Shown here one piece after another: positions 29,422-39,091 of a DNA stretch of 64,000 nt. The DNA is from Candidatus Thorarchaeota archaeon (GTDB lineage: Archaea > Asgardarchaeota > Thorarchaeia > Thorarchaeales > Thorarchaeaceae), in the NCBI GenBank assembly GCA_003345545.1, contig PRDH01000047.1, forward strand, positions 8,748 through 72,747. Reading direction: 5' to 3'. The translations under genes and the position numbers were made by a program. The first letter of the stretch is position 1; each line of letters opens with the position of its first letter. The notes under the pieces were generated by a model. That model was not told the origin of the DNA. It did not search any database and was given only the letters and a program-made list of their open reading frames with translations.

Positions 29422-30996
29422 GTGACAGAACTAGAAACAAGGATATCCAAGGTATCTATCTTTCGAGATGGCGCGAGAGTCACGCGTGTAGGCAAGGCAC
29501 ACCTTGGAAAAGGTGCGCAGAGAGTCACGGTCGGCAAGATTACTGAGCTTGCACAAAGGGATAGCTTTCGAGTAAAAGGCAGAGGACCCGCGAAGCTCTC
29601 CAGTATTGATGTGCAGCAAGTGTCGCAGGTCTATGAGCCATCCGAGGACGTGAAACCTCTGCATGAGGAACTGAAGCAGCTCCAAAAACAATATGATGAA
29701 ACCAAGGATGAGATCGAGTTTCATAACGCGAAACTAGCGAATCTCAAGAGTATGACCACGGAGTTTTCCAATCACTTTGGACTAGTATATGCTGCAAATG
29801 AGGGAGAAATAACACAGCTCACGGAGATGGACAAGAAATCCTCCAAGCTGATGCTCGACACTCAGAGGACAATGAGAGAACTGGAGGATAAGCTGCAAGA
29901 GATAACCAAGAAGATTGAAGTGGTGAGAGCGAACATAGGAAGAATCGGTTCTGTGCGAAGAACAGAGATGACAAACACTGTTGAGGTCGCTCTTGAGGTG
30001 TCTGAGGAAGCAGACATTGAACTGGACATCACTTATCAAACGCAGAATGCTCATTGGCTACCAATCTACGATGTAGATCTTCGTCCAGGAGATTCCAAAT
30101 TACGCAGAATGGCGCTTCTCTACAATCGGACCGGGGAGGACTGGAATAAGGTCGATATTGTAGTGTCGACAGCCACAGCAAGGCCAATTGAGGCCATCGA
30201 ACCAACTCCATACTATGTTGGGGTATATGATCCGGCAGAAGAACGCGCGAGAATCGACTCACGTAAAATGAAGAGGGCGCTCGCTATGCCATCAGCTGCA
30301 CCAATGGCTGCAAAGGCGGTGGCTCCGCCAGCTCCGCCTCCAGAAATCGAAGAAGAATTCGCAGAGCCAACAGAGACCATCTCCGGGATTGCTACCTACG
30401 AACTCCCGAAGCCTGTCAGTATTCCCTCAGATAATGAGAAACATCCAGTGACGCTGTTTGAAGAGAGTCTAAGCTCTGAAACTGTACACTATTGGTACGC
30501 TGAGGGAATGGCCGAGGTGGTTGCACAAGACAAGGTTACAAACGCCGACAATGTGATCCTGCCAGGAACGGTCAGGGTCTATGCTGAGGGAGATTACATA
30601 GGAGAAACTACTCTTCCTCAGATATCGCCCAGAGAGTCGTTCAAGATTGGAACCCGTATTGCACAGGATGTCAAGGCAGAGAAGAAACTCACTCATCGAG
30701 AAGTTGAGAAAGCTGGCGTGACGCACGGGAAACTGAAACGCTCGTACGGCTATCGTCTTGAGATACAGAGCTTCTCAAAGCATGCAATAGAGATTGACAT
30801 CTTTGACAGGATCCCCCACAGTCTCAATCCTGTCATTGAAGTCAAAGTCGACTGGGAGAAGACTGGAACAAAGAGTCAGAACCTGGGTGTTGCTGAGTGG
30901 CATAGGACAATCCAGCCGAATCAGAAAGCAATGGTCGAGTATGAGTACGATGTATCTTGGGAGAAAGGAGTCACAATTCATCCGCCGCTACCATAG
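29422..30996 (+). CDS. DUF4140/DUF4139 (MuiA-like) protein
   Basis: ISKVSIFRDGARVTR, coiled coil, W.P.YD, NRTGEDW..VVSTA, ILPG.V.VY..GDYIG. Confidence 0.8.
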   Translation: MTELETRISKVSIFRDGARVTRVGKAHLGKGAQRVTVGKITELAQRDSFRVKGRGPAKLSSIDVQQVSQVYEPSEDVKPLHEELKQLQKQYDETKDEIEFHNAKLANLKSMTTEFSNHFGLVYAANEGEITQLTEMDKKSSKLMLDTQRTMRELEDKLQEITKKIEVVRANIGRIGSVRRTEMTNTVEVALEVSEEADIELDITYQTQNAHWLPIYDVDLRPGDSKLRRMALLYNRTGEDWNKVDIVVSTATARPIEAIEPTPYYVGVYDPAEERARIDSRKMKRALAMPSAAPMAAKAVAPPAPPPEIEEEFAEPTETISGIATYELPKPVSIPSDNEKHPVTLFEESLSSETVHYWYAEGMAEVVAQDKVTNADNVILPGTVRVYAEGDYIGETTLPQISPRESFKIGTRIAQDVKAEKKLTHREVEKAGVTHGKLKRSYGYRLEIQSFSKHAIEIDIFDRIPHSLNPVIEVKVDWEKTGTKSQNLGVAEWHRTIQPNQKAMVEYEYDVSWEKGVTIHPPLP

Positions 30997-31007
30997 GAGG
31001 CTAATCA

Positions 31008-32585
31008 ATGAAGGATATGGAAACAAGAATCACGAGCGCAACAGTATTCCGCGATGGCGCCAGAATAACAAGAATCGGTAAGACTGAACTGACCAGGGGA
31101 GAGCAAATCGTGCGAGTCGGGGGGATTACCGAGTATGCACTGCAAGACAGCTTCCGAGTAAGAGGTCATGGCAAAGCCATTCTCCGAGGCATTGACGTAA
31201 AGAAGACGACTCAGACCTATGAACCACAGAGTGACATCAAGGAAGACCTGATGAAACTGAAAAATCTTGAGAAAGAGAAGAGAGGCATTCAGGACCAGGT
31301 CGAACTTCAGAAAGCCAGAATCAGTCATCTTACGACGATGATGGCCCAATTCAGTTCCGAGTTCGGCAAGTGGTTCAGCGTGGGTGAAACGGGGATGGAC
31401 CATCTGACCAAGATGGATAAAATGAATCAGGATCTGGTTTCAGACGCCAAAAAGAACCTCCGCACACTATCCACTGAACTCGAACGAATCGATGCTGAAA
31501 TAGCTGCTCTTCGGAATAATATCCAACGGATTCAGGGCGAGAGACGGACTCAGACATTCACTGAGGTTTATGTGACTCTTGATGTAAAGGAGAGCACGCC
31601 CCTTGAACTCGAGGTGATCTACCAACTATCAGTTGCGAGTTGGTACTCCACATATGACGTAGACATTGGACAGGGCGAGGCATCTCTGAAGCGCATCGCC
31701 ATGGTATACAACAACACCATGGAGAACTGGGAAGACATCGATCTAATTGTATCAACAGCCTCTGCACGACCAGTCGAGGCAGTGAAACCCCAACCATACT
31801 ACGTCGACGTATATCGACCAGCTCCACAGGGAGTTGCGTATGCTAGCGGAGGTCGCTATGCAGAGGCAGCACCAGCGATGGCGATGGACTCTGAGAAACT
31901 CATGGAAAAAGAGGAAGCAGAGCCCATGCCAGAGATGGTTGAAGAGTATGCTGAGGCGTCTGAGAGCCTGAGTGGAATCACAACATACGATGTGCCTGGC
32001 AAGGTCACAATTGAAGCCAATAGAGACCCGCAGCCGATCACACTGACATTGGACAACTTTGAGTCAAAGAGGCTTCATTATTGGAATGCTTCAGCAATGA
32101 CCGAGGTTGTTGCTCAAGATGAGATTACTAATGGAGACCTCGTGATACTCCCAGGAAATGTGAAAGTGTACGCAGATGGCGATTTCATAGGCGAAACAGG
32201 CATCAGTACCATTGCTCCTCGTGAGAAATTCAGATTGGGAACAAGAGCTGCCTATGATATGAAGGCCGAGAAGAAACTCAAGGAGAAAGACACAGAGAAG
32301 GCCGGACTGACCCGGGGCAAACAGAAGAGGGGCTACAAGTATCTCCTCGAATTGAAGAACTTCTCGAAGAGTGAAATCGAGATACGTATTGTAGATCGAA
32401 TTCCATATAGCACGTCAGAGAAGATCATCATTCAGATGAGCCAACCGACGTTGGCGTACAAGACCTTGGAACTTGGGATTGTTACCTGGGAAACCAAGCT
32501 CGAGAGCGGCAAGGAACTTAAGATTGAATACGGTTTTGAGGTCGAATGGGAGAAGGACCTCATTGTGAGACCCCCACTTCCGTGA
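31008..32585 (+). CDS. DUF4140/DUF4139 (MuiA-like) protein, tandem paralog
   Basis: Same motif series as the upstream gene; both end in PPLP. Confidence 0.8.
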   Translation: MKDMETRITSATVFRDGARITRIGKTELTRGEQIVRVGGITEYALQDSFRVRGHGKAILRGIDVKKTTQTYEPQSDIKEDLMKLKNLEKEKRGIQDQVELQKARISHLTTMMAQFSSEFGKWFSVGETGMDHLTKMDKMNQDLVSDAKKNLRTLSTELERIDAEIAALRNNIQRIQGERRTQTFTEVYVTLDVKESTPLELEVIYQLSVASWYSTYDVDIGQGEASLKRIAMVYNNTMENWEDIDLIVSTASARPVEAVKPQPYYVDVYRPAPQGVAYASGGRYAEAAPAMAMDSEKLMEKEEAEPMPEMVEEYAEASESLSGITTYDVPGKVTIEANRDPQPITLTLDNFESKRLHYWNASAMTEVVAQDEITNGDLVILPGNVKVYADGDFIGETGISTIAPREKFRLGTRAAYDMKAEKKLKEKDTEKAGLTRGKQKRGYKYLLELKNFSKSEIEIRIVDRIPYSTSEKIIIQMSQPTLAYKTLELGIVTWETKLESGKELKIEYGFEVEWEKDLIVRPPLP

Positions 32586-32613
32586 ATGCTCTGAGTAGGC
32601 CGAGCGCAATCTC

Positions 32614-33954
32614 TTACCAGCGGCTCATCTCATCAATGATAGCTACTATTCTATGCTGCGCCCTGCGAAAGTTCTCTAGCGAAATGCTCTCATTAGGTGA
32701 GTGCGCGTTTCCGAGATGGTCACTACAACCCACAGATACCATTGGAACGTACCTGTTGAATAGATAGAGCGGGCCAGAACCAGGGCTTGTAGGATGGATG
32801 ATGAGATCACCGAAGACTCGTCTGTTAGCAGCCTTAACGATCTTGACGAACGGATGGCTTATGGGAGTCTTCGCCGGTGGATAGCCCTCGATATAGCCAA
32901 TCTTGATATCGTTGAAACCATGGCTATCAAGATGCCTGCGGAGTTTCCTATGAATTTCGTCTGGGTGCATGCCCTCTATTAGACGGAAATCGATCTTCAC
33001 AGAGGCCTTCGCAGGAAGGACCGTCATCGATCCTCTTCCCTGGTACCCACTAGTGATTCCGCAGATGTTGCATGTTGGGGCTCCATAGTATGCCTTCTTG
33101 AGCTCCATACCACTGAGTCCATTCAGGTACTCATCTACAGCATATATCTCTTTGAAGTCAGCCTCGTGAAGATCAATCTTCTCAATAGCCTTAATCTCAG
33201 CCTTCGTCAATGGTTTCATACCATCATAGAATCCGTCGATCAATATCCTGCTATTCCCGTCTCTGAGCGTACTGAGCGCCCATACAAGTCGATAGGCTGC
33301 AGATGGCAGAATGCAGGCAAGGCTCGAATGAACATTCTTGGATAGTCGCTCAACTTCCAGCTCTACATAGTAGATGCCCTTGAGGCCTAACCATGCTTCC
33401 TGTATCCCATCAATATCTGCCCCACCAAACTCCCAAATCCCTCCATCTGCAGTGATGAAGTCCTTGTTCTTCTTGGTATACTCGGGAAGATGTGGACTGC
33501 CTATTTCCTCTTCACCTTCGATTACAAACTTGATGTTCACTGGAAGATCTGTACCAGTTTCTTTGAATGCCTTGATGACCTGAATTCGCGATGTTGTGTC
33601 GCCCTTGTTATCAGCCACGCCTCGTCCCCATAGACGGCCTTCTCTTACCTCTGGCTCGAAAGGCGGCGAAGCCCATAAGTCCATTGGCTCGGCAGGTTGA
33701 ACATCGTAGTGGTCATAGAACAAGAGCGTTCGCTTAGCGCCCACATCCAGCCAACCTGTCACGACAGGAGCACCACTCGTTGGATGGATTTGGGTTTCCA
33801 GTCCCGCATCCCGAAGCATTCTCTCAACCAACTCCGAGGTCTCTGGTATCCCCTCGCCCTTGGCAGCGACTGTTGGTATCTCTACAAGTTTCTTCAGAGC
33901 ATCAACAGAACTATGAAGGTCATCATCGATAGACCGGCTGACTTCTTCATACAT
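32614..33954 (-). CDS. M20/M25/M40 family metallopeptidase (dipeptidase-like)
   Basis: HYDVQP, GRGVADNKG, EGEEEIGS, HSPNE. Confidence 0.92.
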   Translation of the reverse strand: MYEEVSRSIDDDLHSSVDALKKLVEIPTVAAKGEGIPETSELVERMLRDAGLETQIHPTSGAPVVTGWLDVGAKRTLLFYDHYDVQPAEPMDLWASPPFEPEVREGRLWGRGVADNKGDTTSRIQVIKAFKETGTDLPVNIKFVIEGEEEIGSPHLPEYTKKNKDFITADGGIWEFGGADIDGIQEAWLGLKGIYYVELEVERLSKNVHSSLACILPSAAYRLVWALSTLRDGNSRILIDGFYDGMKPLTKAEIKAIEKIDLHEADFKEIYAVDEYLNGLSGMELKKAYYGAPTCNICGITSGYQGRGSMTVLPAKASVKIDFRLIEGMHPDEIHRKLRRHLDSHGFNDIKIGYIEGYPPAKTPISHPFVKIVKAANRRVFGDLIIHPTSPGSGPLYLFNRYVPMVSVGCSDHLGNAHSPNESISLENFRRAQHRIVAIIDEMSRW

Positions 33955-34205
33955 ATATCACACCGGCCATCACTCAATCAACGCGGGTGATATATCCTCT
34001 CCTTTAGGCGAAGAGGAGAAGTGAAGGGCGAACAGCGAAGGAGAATGGTCTTGCTCGACAGAATCCCGACATCAAATGATTTTCCAGCTGGTCATGGTTT
34101 CAAGCCAAGATGCCAAGAAAGCGGAAACATGTGCAAAACAGATGAGTCCCAACTGGCTGAGGTGTTCGATGGACATTAAGCAGCCTGCCGGACATGGAGA
34201 TGAAG

Positions 34206-34242
34206 CTCTGGAGGCCACCCAACTCCGGGGCATCCTCCAGAG
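34206..34242 (-). terminator. Stem-loop downstream of small Cys-rich gene
   Basis: CTCTGGAGG...CCTCCAGAG 9-bp inverted repeat. Confidence 0.35.
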
Positions 34243-34265
34243 GAACTGCTTCTGAACGAGATTCA

Positions 34266-34418
34266 CTAGAGATCTACTGGTCGGCAGAGGTAGTCTTTGC
34301 TGTTAGCTGCTCGCCCGCAGACTTCACAGATGTACTTTGGATTCTTTACTCGTTCTCGCATCTTTGCCACGTTATTGTGCTTTGCGAACTCACACATGTG
34401 TTCTTTATGTTCACTCAA
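34266..34418 (-). CDS. Small Cys/His-rich putative metal-binding protein (50 aa; not in ORF track)
   Basis: Manual translation MSEHKEHMCEFAKHNNVAKMRERVKNPKYICEVCGRAANSKDYLCRPVDL*; GGAGGT RBS before TTG. Confidence 0.7.
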   Translation of the reverse strand: MSEHKEHMCEFAKHNNVAKMRERVKNPKYICEVCGRAANSKDYLCRPVDL

Positions 34419-34651
34419 CTCTAATACCTCCATGAGTGTCCAAAGGGGGATTGAGGTCTTTAATAAGGATTAGGACTCGCTCAAGCATCATAGAACCCAT
34501 GTCTGTGTTTCTAGCTGTTTTGAAGACATGAAGAAGCACCAACATGCAACGGATGAAATCAGCTCGAGAGACAGAAACGTTCTATGAGCAAAGATATATC
34601 AAAGAGCAGTTTCTCAATTCTACGCAGTCACACAGGAGAGTTGGCTTAATC

Positions 34652-35656
34652 ATGACAGTTCGTGTAGCAATTAATGGATTTGGAAGGATAGGTCGCGGTT
34701 TTCTTCGCGCGGTCCTAACGAAGAAAGGGTTCGATATTGTGGCAACAAATGATCTCACTACTGAATCAACCCTTGCTCACTTGATGAAATATGATACAGT
34801 GATGGGGCGTTTCGACGGTACCGTTGAGGCAGGTAAGGGTTCAATCACAGTCAATGGTGATGAAATCAAGGTACTCTCTGAGAAAGACCCCGCGAAGCTT
34901 CCATGGAAGGAACTCGATATTGACATCGTCATTGAGTCGACCGGGCTCTTCACCAAACGGGAAGATGCTGAGAAGCACATTACGGCGGGTGCAAAGAAGG
35001 TTATTGTGAGTGCACCCGGCAAGGGAGAGATGCTTACAATCGTGCCAGGAGTTAACGAGCATGACTATGATCCTGCAAAACACAACGTTATATCCAATGC
35101 ATCCTGCACAACCAACTGTTTGGCTCCAATGGTCAAGGTCGTCGATGAGGCCTTCGGGATCGTGCAAGGTTTCATGACCACAGTCCACGCAGTGACGAAT
35201 GACCAGGTCATGTTGGATGGGCCTCATAAAGATCTTAGAAGAGCAAGAGCTGCCTGCTGGAATATAGTTCCGACTAGCACCGGAGCTGCAAAAGCGATTG
35301 GTCTTGTCTATCCTAAGGCTGCAGGAAAGCTCAACGGAATAGCTCTCCGGGTTCCTGTGATGGATGCATCCATCGTTGATTTGAACGTCGTTGTGGAGAA
35401 ACCTGTGGACATTGATACTGTCAATGGTGCGTTCAAGAAGGCATCGAAGCAGGGCAGTCTTGCTCCGTACTTGGCTTATGTCGACGAACCACTCGTTTCG
35501 TCAGACTTCATCAATGACCCTCATTCATGTTCATTCGACTCGTTGCTCACGATGACTCAGGGCAACATGATTAAGGTTCTCGGATGGTATGATAACGAAG
35601 CGGGCTACAGTCACCGACTTGCCGATCTTGCCCACGTGATTGGCAAGAAGATGTAG
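34652..35656 (+). CDS. gap: Type I (class I) glyceraldehyde-3-phosphate dehydrogenase
   Basis: VAINGFGRIGR, ESTG, SNASCTTNCLAP, STGAAKA, WYDNE; AGGAG upstream of ATG 34652. Confidence 0.95.
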   Translation: MTVRVAINGFGRIGRGFLRAVLTKKGFDIVATNDLTTESTLAHLMKYDTVMGRFDGTVEAGKGSITVNGDEIKVLSEKDPAKLPWKELDIDIVIESTGLFTKREDAEKHITAGAKKVIVSAPGKGEMLTIVPGVNEHDYDPAKHNVISNASCTTNCLAPMVKVVDEAFGIVQGFMTTVHAVTNDQVMLDGPHKDLRRARAACWNIVPTSTGAAKAIGLVYPKAAGKLNGIALRVPVMDASIVDLNVVVEKPVDIDTVNGAFKKASKQGSLAPYLAYVDEPLVSSDFINDPHSCSFDSLLTMTQGNMIKVLGWYDNEAGYSHRLADLAHVIGKKM

Positions 35657-35670
35657 AACCCAGTGAATAG

Positions 35671-35693
35671 GACCCCTCGAGAGAAGAGGGGTC
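35671..35693 (+). terminator. Stem-loop after gap
   Basis: GACCCCTC-N7-GAGGGGTC. Confidence 0.5.
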
Positions 35694-35725
35694 ATCTCTT
35701 GCTGTTATCCACAGAGAGTAGCGTG

Positions 35726-36715
35726 ATGATTCGTCCCATGGAACCAATCAGCAGTATCGACACCTCAAGCAATCAGCTCTACTTCAGGGGACTGAATGCT
35801 GTCAGACTGGCAAAAGAGCAGGATTACGAATCGGTGTTGTTTCTTCTAGTCCATGGACAACTTCCAACAGCAAGGCAACACGACTCAGAAAGACAACGAC
35901 TAATCGAGCTGAGAGCCCTCTACAGCTCGAACATGAATTCGATTGAAAATCTGGTGAGGGCCCTCCAGTCAATACGTGACGAGGATGACCTCCAATCAGA
36001 GGACCTACTTCTTGCGTTTGTCGCACTCGCCCCTCTCGCTCTCAGCAGTCAATTAGCTGGACCGAAAAGCAGGAGAATGAACACCCAGAATGAAAAACTG
36101 GGACACGCTGCAAACTTGCTATGGATGATTAGCGGCGAGATGCCATCAGAGGAAGATATCAAGGAGTTCGATACGTGCTTGATTCTCCATATGGATGACC
36201 CTGACAATCCCTCGCTCACAGCCCTCTTTACCTCACTCATCTCAGGAGCTTCTGTTACCACCGCACTTGAATCAGCACTCTCAGAGCATGTCAGACCAAG
36301 CCATCACGGAGCAGGTCTCGAAACAATGAGAATGATTCTCGCTATCGGCAAGAAGGACAACGCCTCGGACTATCTCAGAACGCGATTGAACTCGGGTCAG
36401 AAGATATCCGGCCTTGGTCATAGAATATACCGAGGAGTTGATCCTCGTGCTGTTGTACTTCGTGAGATCTTAGGTCGAAGAACAAAAGGAACCGAGGAAG
36501 AGGAGCTCTTCAGAATAGCAGAAGAAGTGGCAGACCAAGGTAGCTCTCTTCTTCATGAGTACAAAGGAATCGACGCCTATCCCAATGTTGATCTGTATAA
36601 TGCATTGACCTACTTCACTTTCGGGTTTCCACCAGAATTGAACACAGAGCTGTTCGCAGTATCAAGAGCAGCGGGTTGGATGGCACACATCCTAGAGTGG
36701 AAGCAACACCCGTAG
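35726..36715 (+). CDS. Citrate/2-methylcitrate synthase-like protein (divergent)
   Basis: LYFRG, GLGHRIYRGVDPRA, YPNVDLY, LFAVSRAAGWMAH; start uncertain. Confidence 0.75.
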   Translation: MIRPMEPISSIDTSSNQLYFRGLNAVRLAKEQDYESVLFLLVHGQLPTARQHDSERQRLIELRALYSSNMNSIENLVRALQSIRDEDDLQSEDLLLAFVALAPLALSSQLAGPKSRRMNTQNEKLGHAANLLWMISGEMPSEEDIKEFDTCLILHMDDPDNPSLTALFTSLISGASVTTALESALSEHVRPSHHGAGLETMRMILAIGKKDNASDYLRTRLNSGQKISGLGHRIYRGVDPRAVVLREILGRRTKGTEEEELFRIAEEVADQGSSLLHEYKGIDAYPNVDLYNALTYFTFGFPPELNTELFAVSRAAGWMAHILEWKQHP

Positions 36716-36873
36716 TCAAGGACAACAACACTTTTCATCCACGGCATTGAGAATACGTGAATGAAGGTTATCTTGTGAGAGCTACTATCAATGCCACAAT
36801 TCAGTATTCAGAGAATGAACACATCAAGGTTGGAATTGGCTCATCTGACGAATTGAGTAGGAAGTGACGATGG

Positions 36874-37233
36874 TTGAGAAAGGGGTCTTTGGCAGTTGGA
36901 ATTGTGATGTTAGCAATAGGAGGCTATTCATTCACTATGTCTATGCTCATGATCACTAATATGACACTCCCCTTCGATTGGATCATATGGGCTGTTTTCC
37001 TCGCAATTGGTATTATCCTTGTTTCTCTTGGTCCAAGCATTATAGCTTGGTCCTTCGTCAGCAAGCATCAGGCAGCTAACGAACTGGCGCAATGGCAGGT
37101 TGTCCAGCTTCCAAGAATATGCCCCGAATGCAACCATAGCCTTGAGATTCATAGCTTGGAATGGATAGGGCCTGAGGAAGCCCGATGCCCATTTTGTTCG
37201 AGTCAAGTCCAAATCCGCAAGAGTGTTGTTTAG
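36874..37233 (+). CDS. Small 2-TM protein with C-terminal Zn ribbon
   Basis: Two hydrophobic helices; CPEC...CPFC. Confidence 0.7.
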   Translation: MRKGSLAVGIVMLAIGGYSFTMSMLMITNMTLPFDWIIWAVFLAIGIILVSLGPSIIAWSFVSKHQAANELAQWQVVQLPRICPECNHSLEIHSLEWIGPEEARCPFCSSQVQIRKSVV

Positions 37234-37238
37234 GTTCA

Positions 37239-38156
37239 TCAAAACTGCCAATCCTTGATTGCGTCAACCACCGACTGGCGTTCTGAATCACTCAACCTGT
37301 GAATCGGAGGACGACAGAGTCCGCCAACAAGTCCAACGTGGTCCATTGCAGCCTTCACGACTGGCACATTGTTTGCAGTTCCATGTCCTTCGCGCAAGAA
37401 CTCGAGATCGCTTATCTTCTCTTGTATGGCCATTGCAGTTTGGTAGTCACCCTTGCTCAGGGCTACATACATTTGCTTCGTTATCCTAGGTGCGAAATTC
37501 CCCAGTCCACTTGTGAATGCTCTCGCACCTGCCAACCAGAAAAATGGGGCAAAACGTTCAGCCGTGCCGCATGACCAGACTACCTTGTGTCCCAGTTTTT
37601 GAACTGACTGAGAGAAGTCCACAATGCGGCCGAATGCATATTTCACACCAACAAGATTCTCGTATTCAAACAGCTTTGCCAATACAGCATCCGAGAGTAG
37701 TGGTCCCTTCTTGTAGAGGACGACGTTCATCTTCCCGGAGGCATCAAGAAGGGCTCTATAGTAGGCAAGCACTCCTTCTTCTGACGCAAACACGTGCTGA
37801 GGATACATAACCATGACAGCGGAAATCCCGAGGTCTCTTGCCTTCTCTATCTGGGAGATAGCAGTCTTGGTTGAATGACCAATACCCGACATCACAGCTA
37901 TCTTGTCTCCTGAGGCCTCAACTGCGGCCCTCAAGACCTCAAACCACTCAGTCTCTGAGAGTGAATAGAACTCTCCTGTGTTGCCATTGGGAATTATCAT
38001 TGGCACCCCTTGTTTAACCAAGAACTCGATGTTACTAGAGATTCCATCCGCATCGACCTGTGATAGGTCTTTACTGAATGGAGTAACGGTAGTCACTGAG
38101 AACCCACTGAGAATCTTCTTGAATTTCTGAGAGTCCATGCTGTCACCTCGTTCCAT
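37239..38156 (-). CDS. Dihydrodipicolinate synthase/N-acetylneuraminate lyase family (KdgD-like) protein
   Basis: TPF, GNTGEFYSLS, VVLY, GVKY (Schiff-base Lys), FTSGLGNFAP. Confidence 0.85.
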   Translation of the reverse strand: MERGDSMDSQKFKKILSGFSVTTVTPFSKDLSQVDADGISSNIEFLVKQGVPMIIPNGNTGEFYSLSETEWFEVLRAAVEASGDKIAVMSGIGHSTKTAISQIEKARDLGISAVMVMYPQHVFASEEGVLAYYRALLDASGKMNVVLYKKGPLLSDAVLAKLFEYENLVGVKYAFGRIVDFSQSVQKLGHKVVWSCGTAERFAPFFWLAGARAFTSGLGNFAPRITKQMYVALSKGDYQTAMAIQEKISDLEFLREGHGTANNVPVVKAAMDHVGLVGGLCRPPIHRLSDSERQSVVDAIKDWQF

Positions 38157-38203
38157 GCATAACTACAAGTCTGACACATATATGCGACGTTTGAGGCCAG
38201 GTC

Positions 38204-39049
38204 CTAGGGAAATCTCATAACGAGTTGTTCCTTCTTCTCATCTGAAGCGTCAAAATCAACCACGAATTCTTTGAAGACACCGCTGCACGGATTGCCAGGA
38301 GTGACACTGATTCTGAATTCCATATCCCTCGATCCAAGTCCGGAAACCTCAGCAATATAGCTATACACTGTTTCTCCTAGATAGGGATTCGATACTTTGC
38401 CTGTTTTTCGATGTCTGCATATAGAATCGAATCCTCTGCCAGAAGCGTGAGTCCCCATGAGCTTGACAATGTCCATCGTTGAAGCTGCATCTCTCAGAAG
38501 TTGGGCTGCCTGCTGCCTGCGACTCTGACTGGTGGCAAGAGGACCTCCTGCTTCACGTTCCGCAGCTGAAGCCTTCTTGAGTATCTCAGCAGTCGGCAGC
38601 ACTAGATGATGATTAGTTCTTATAATCATTGAACTGTCCCGCTCAAGGACACACACTCCATCACCAATCTCAATCGCTCCGGCGCCCTGCGGTGATGCAA
38701 GAACGAAATTGCACCATTGATACCTTGAGCCGCTGCTCAAGTCATCTCTAACAAGGTCATATGCCTCTTCGATTGTCTTGCATTCACGAAGCACACATTC
38801 AAGGAGTGTGTCATAAGGGGGGTCATCAGTGACAAGGACAGTAGTGTTGCATGCAGAGAGACCCCATCTGTTCATACCGAAGGATGCGCCACATGGTTTT
38901 GCATCACTCACATCAACACCACGGACGAGAAGAACGTCTTTCTCAAATACGATACTGTCAGTGAAGTCAGTCCAAATCAGGTCGCGATTCTTAGCTAGCA
39001 TATATCTATTGCCAACCAGCTTTGCTAATGCAGTACATCCTTCTGACAT
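38204..39049 (-). CDS. Ntn-hydrolase, C45/NAAA-like
   Basis: N-terminal GCT, AKNRD, GMNRWGL, RTNH. Confidence 0.7.
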   Translation of the reverse strand: MSEGCTALAKLVGNRYMLAKNRDLIWTDFTDSIVFEKDVLLVRGVDVSDAKPCGASFGMNRWGLSACNTTVLVTDDPPYDTLLECVLRECKTIEEAYDLVRDDLSSGSRYQWCNFVLASPQGAGAIEIGDGVCVLERDSSMIIRTNHHLVLPTAEILKKASAAEREAGGPLATSQSRRQQAAQLLRDAASTMDIVKLMGTHASGRGFDSICRHRKTGKVSNPYLGETVYSYIAEVSGLGSRDMEFRISVTPGNPCSGVFKEFVVDFDASDEKKEQLVMRFP

Positions 39050-39091
39050 GGCTCAATGCATTCATTCTGTTCATTTCAACATTGCTCAGCT

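Noticed and set aside
34200-34246. ATGA...stem...GA resembling a eukaryote-type SECIS
   Set aside because: The quartet register is off, there is no apical AA at the expected position, and no in-frame-TGA gene was found upstream on that strand.
34544-34651. N-terminal extension of GAPDH in the ORF track
   Set aside because: Homology and the RBS start at ATG 34652.
35663-35725. N-terminal extension of the citrate synthase-like ORF
   Set aside because: It runs through the gap downstream hairpin; a later start is more plausible.
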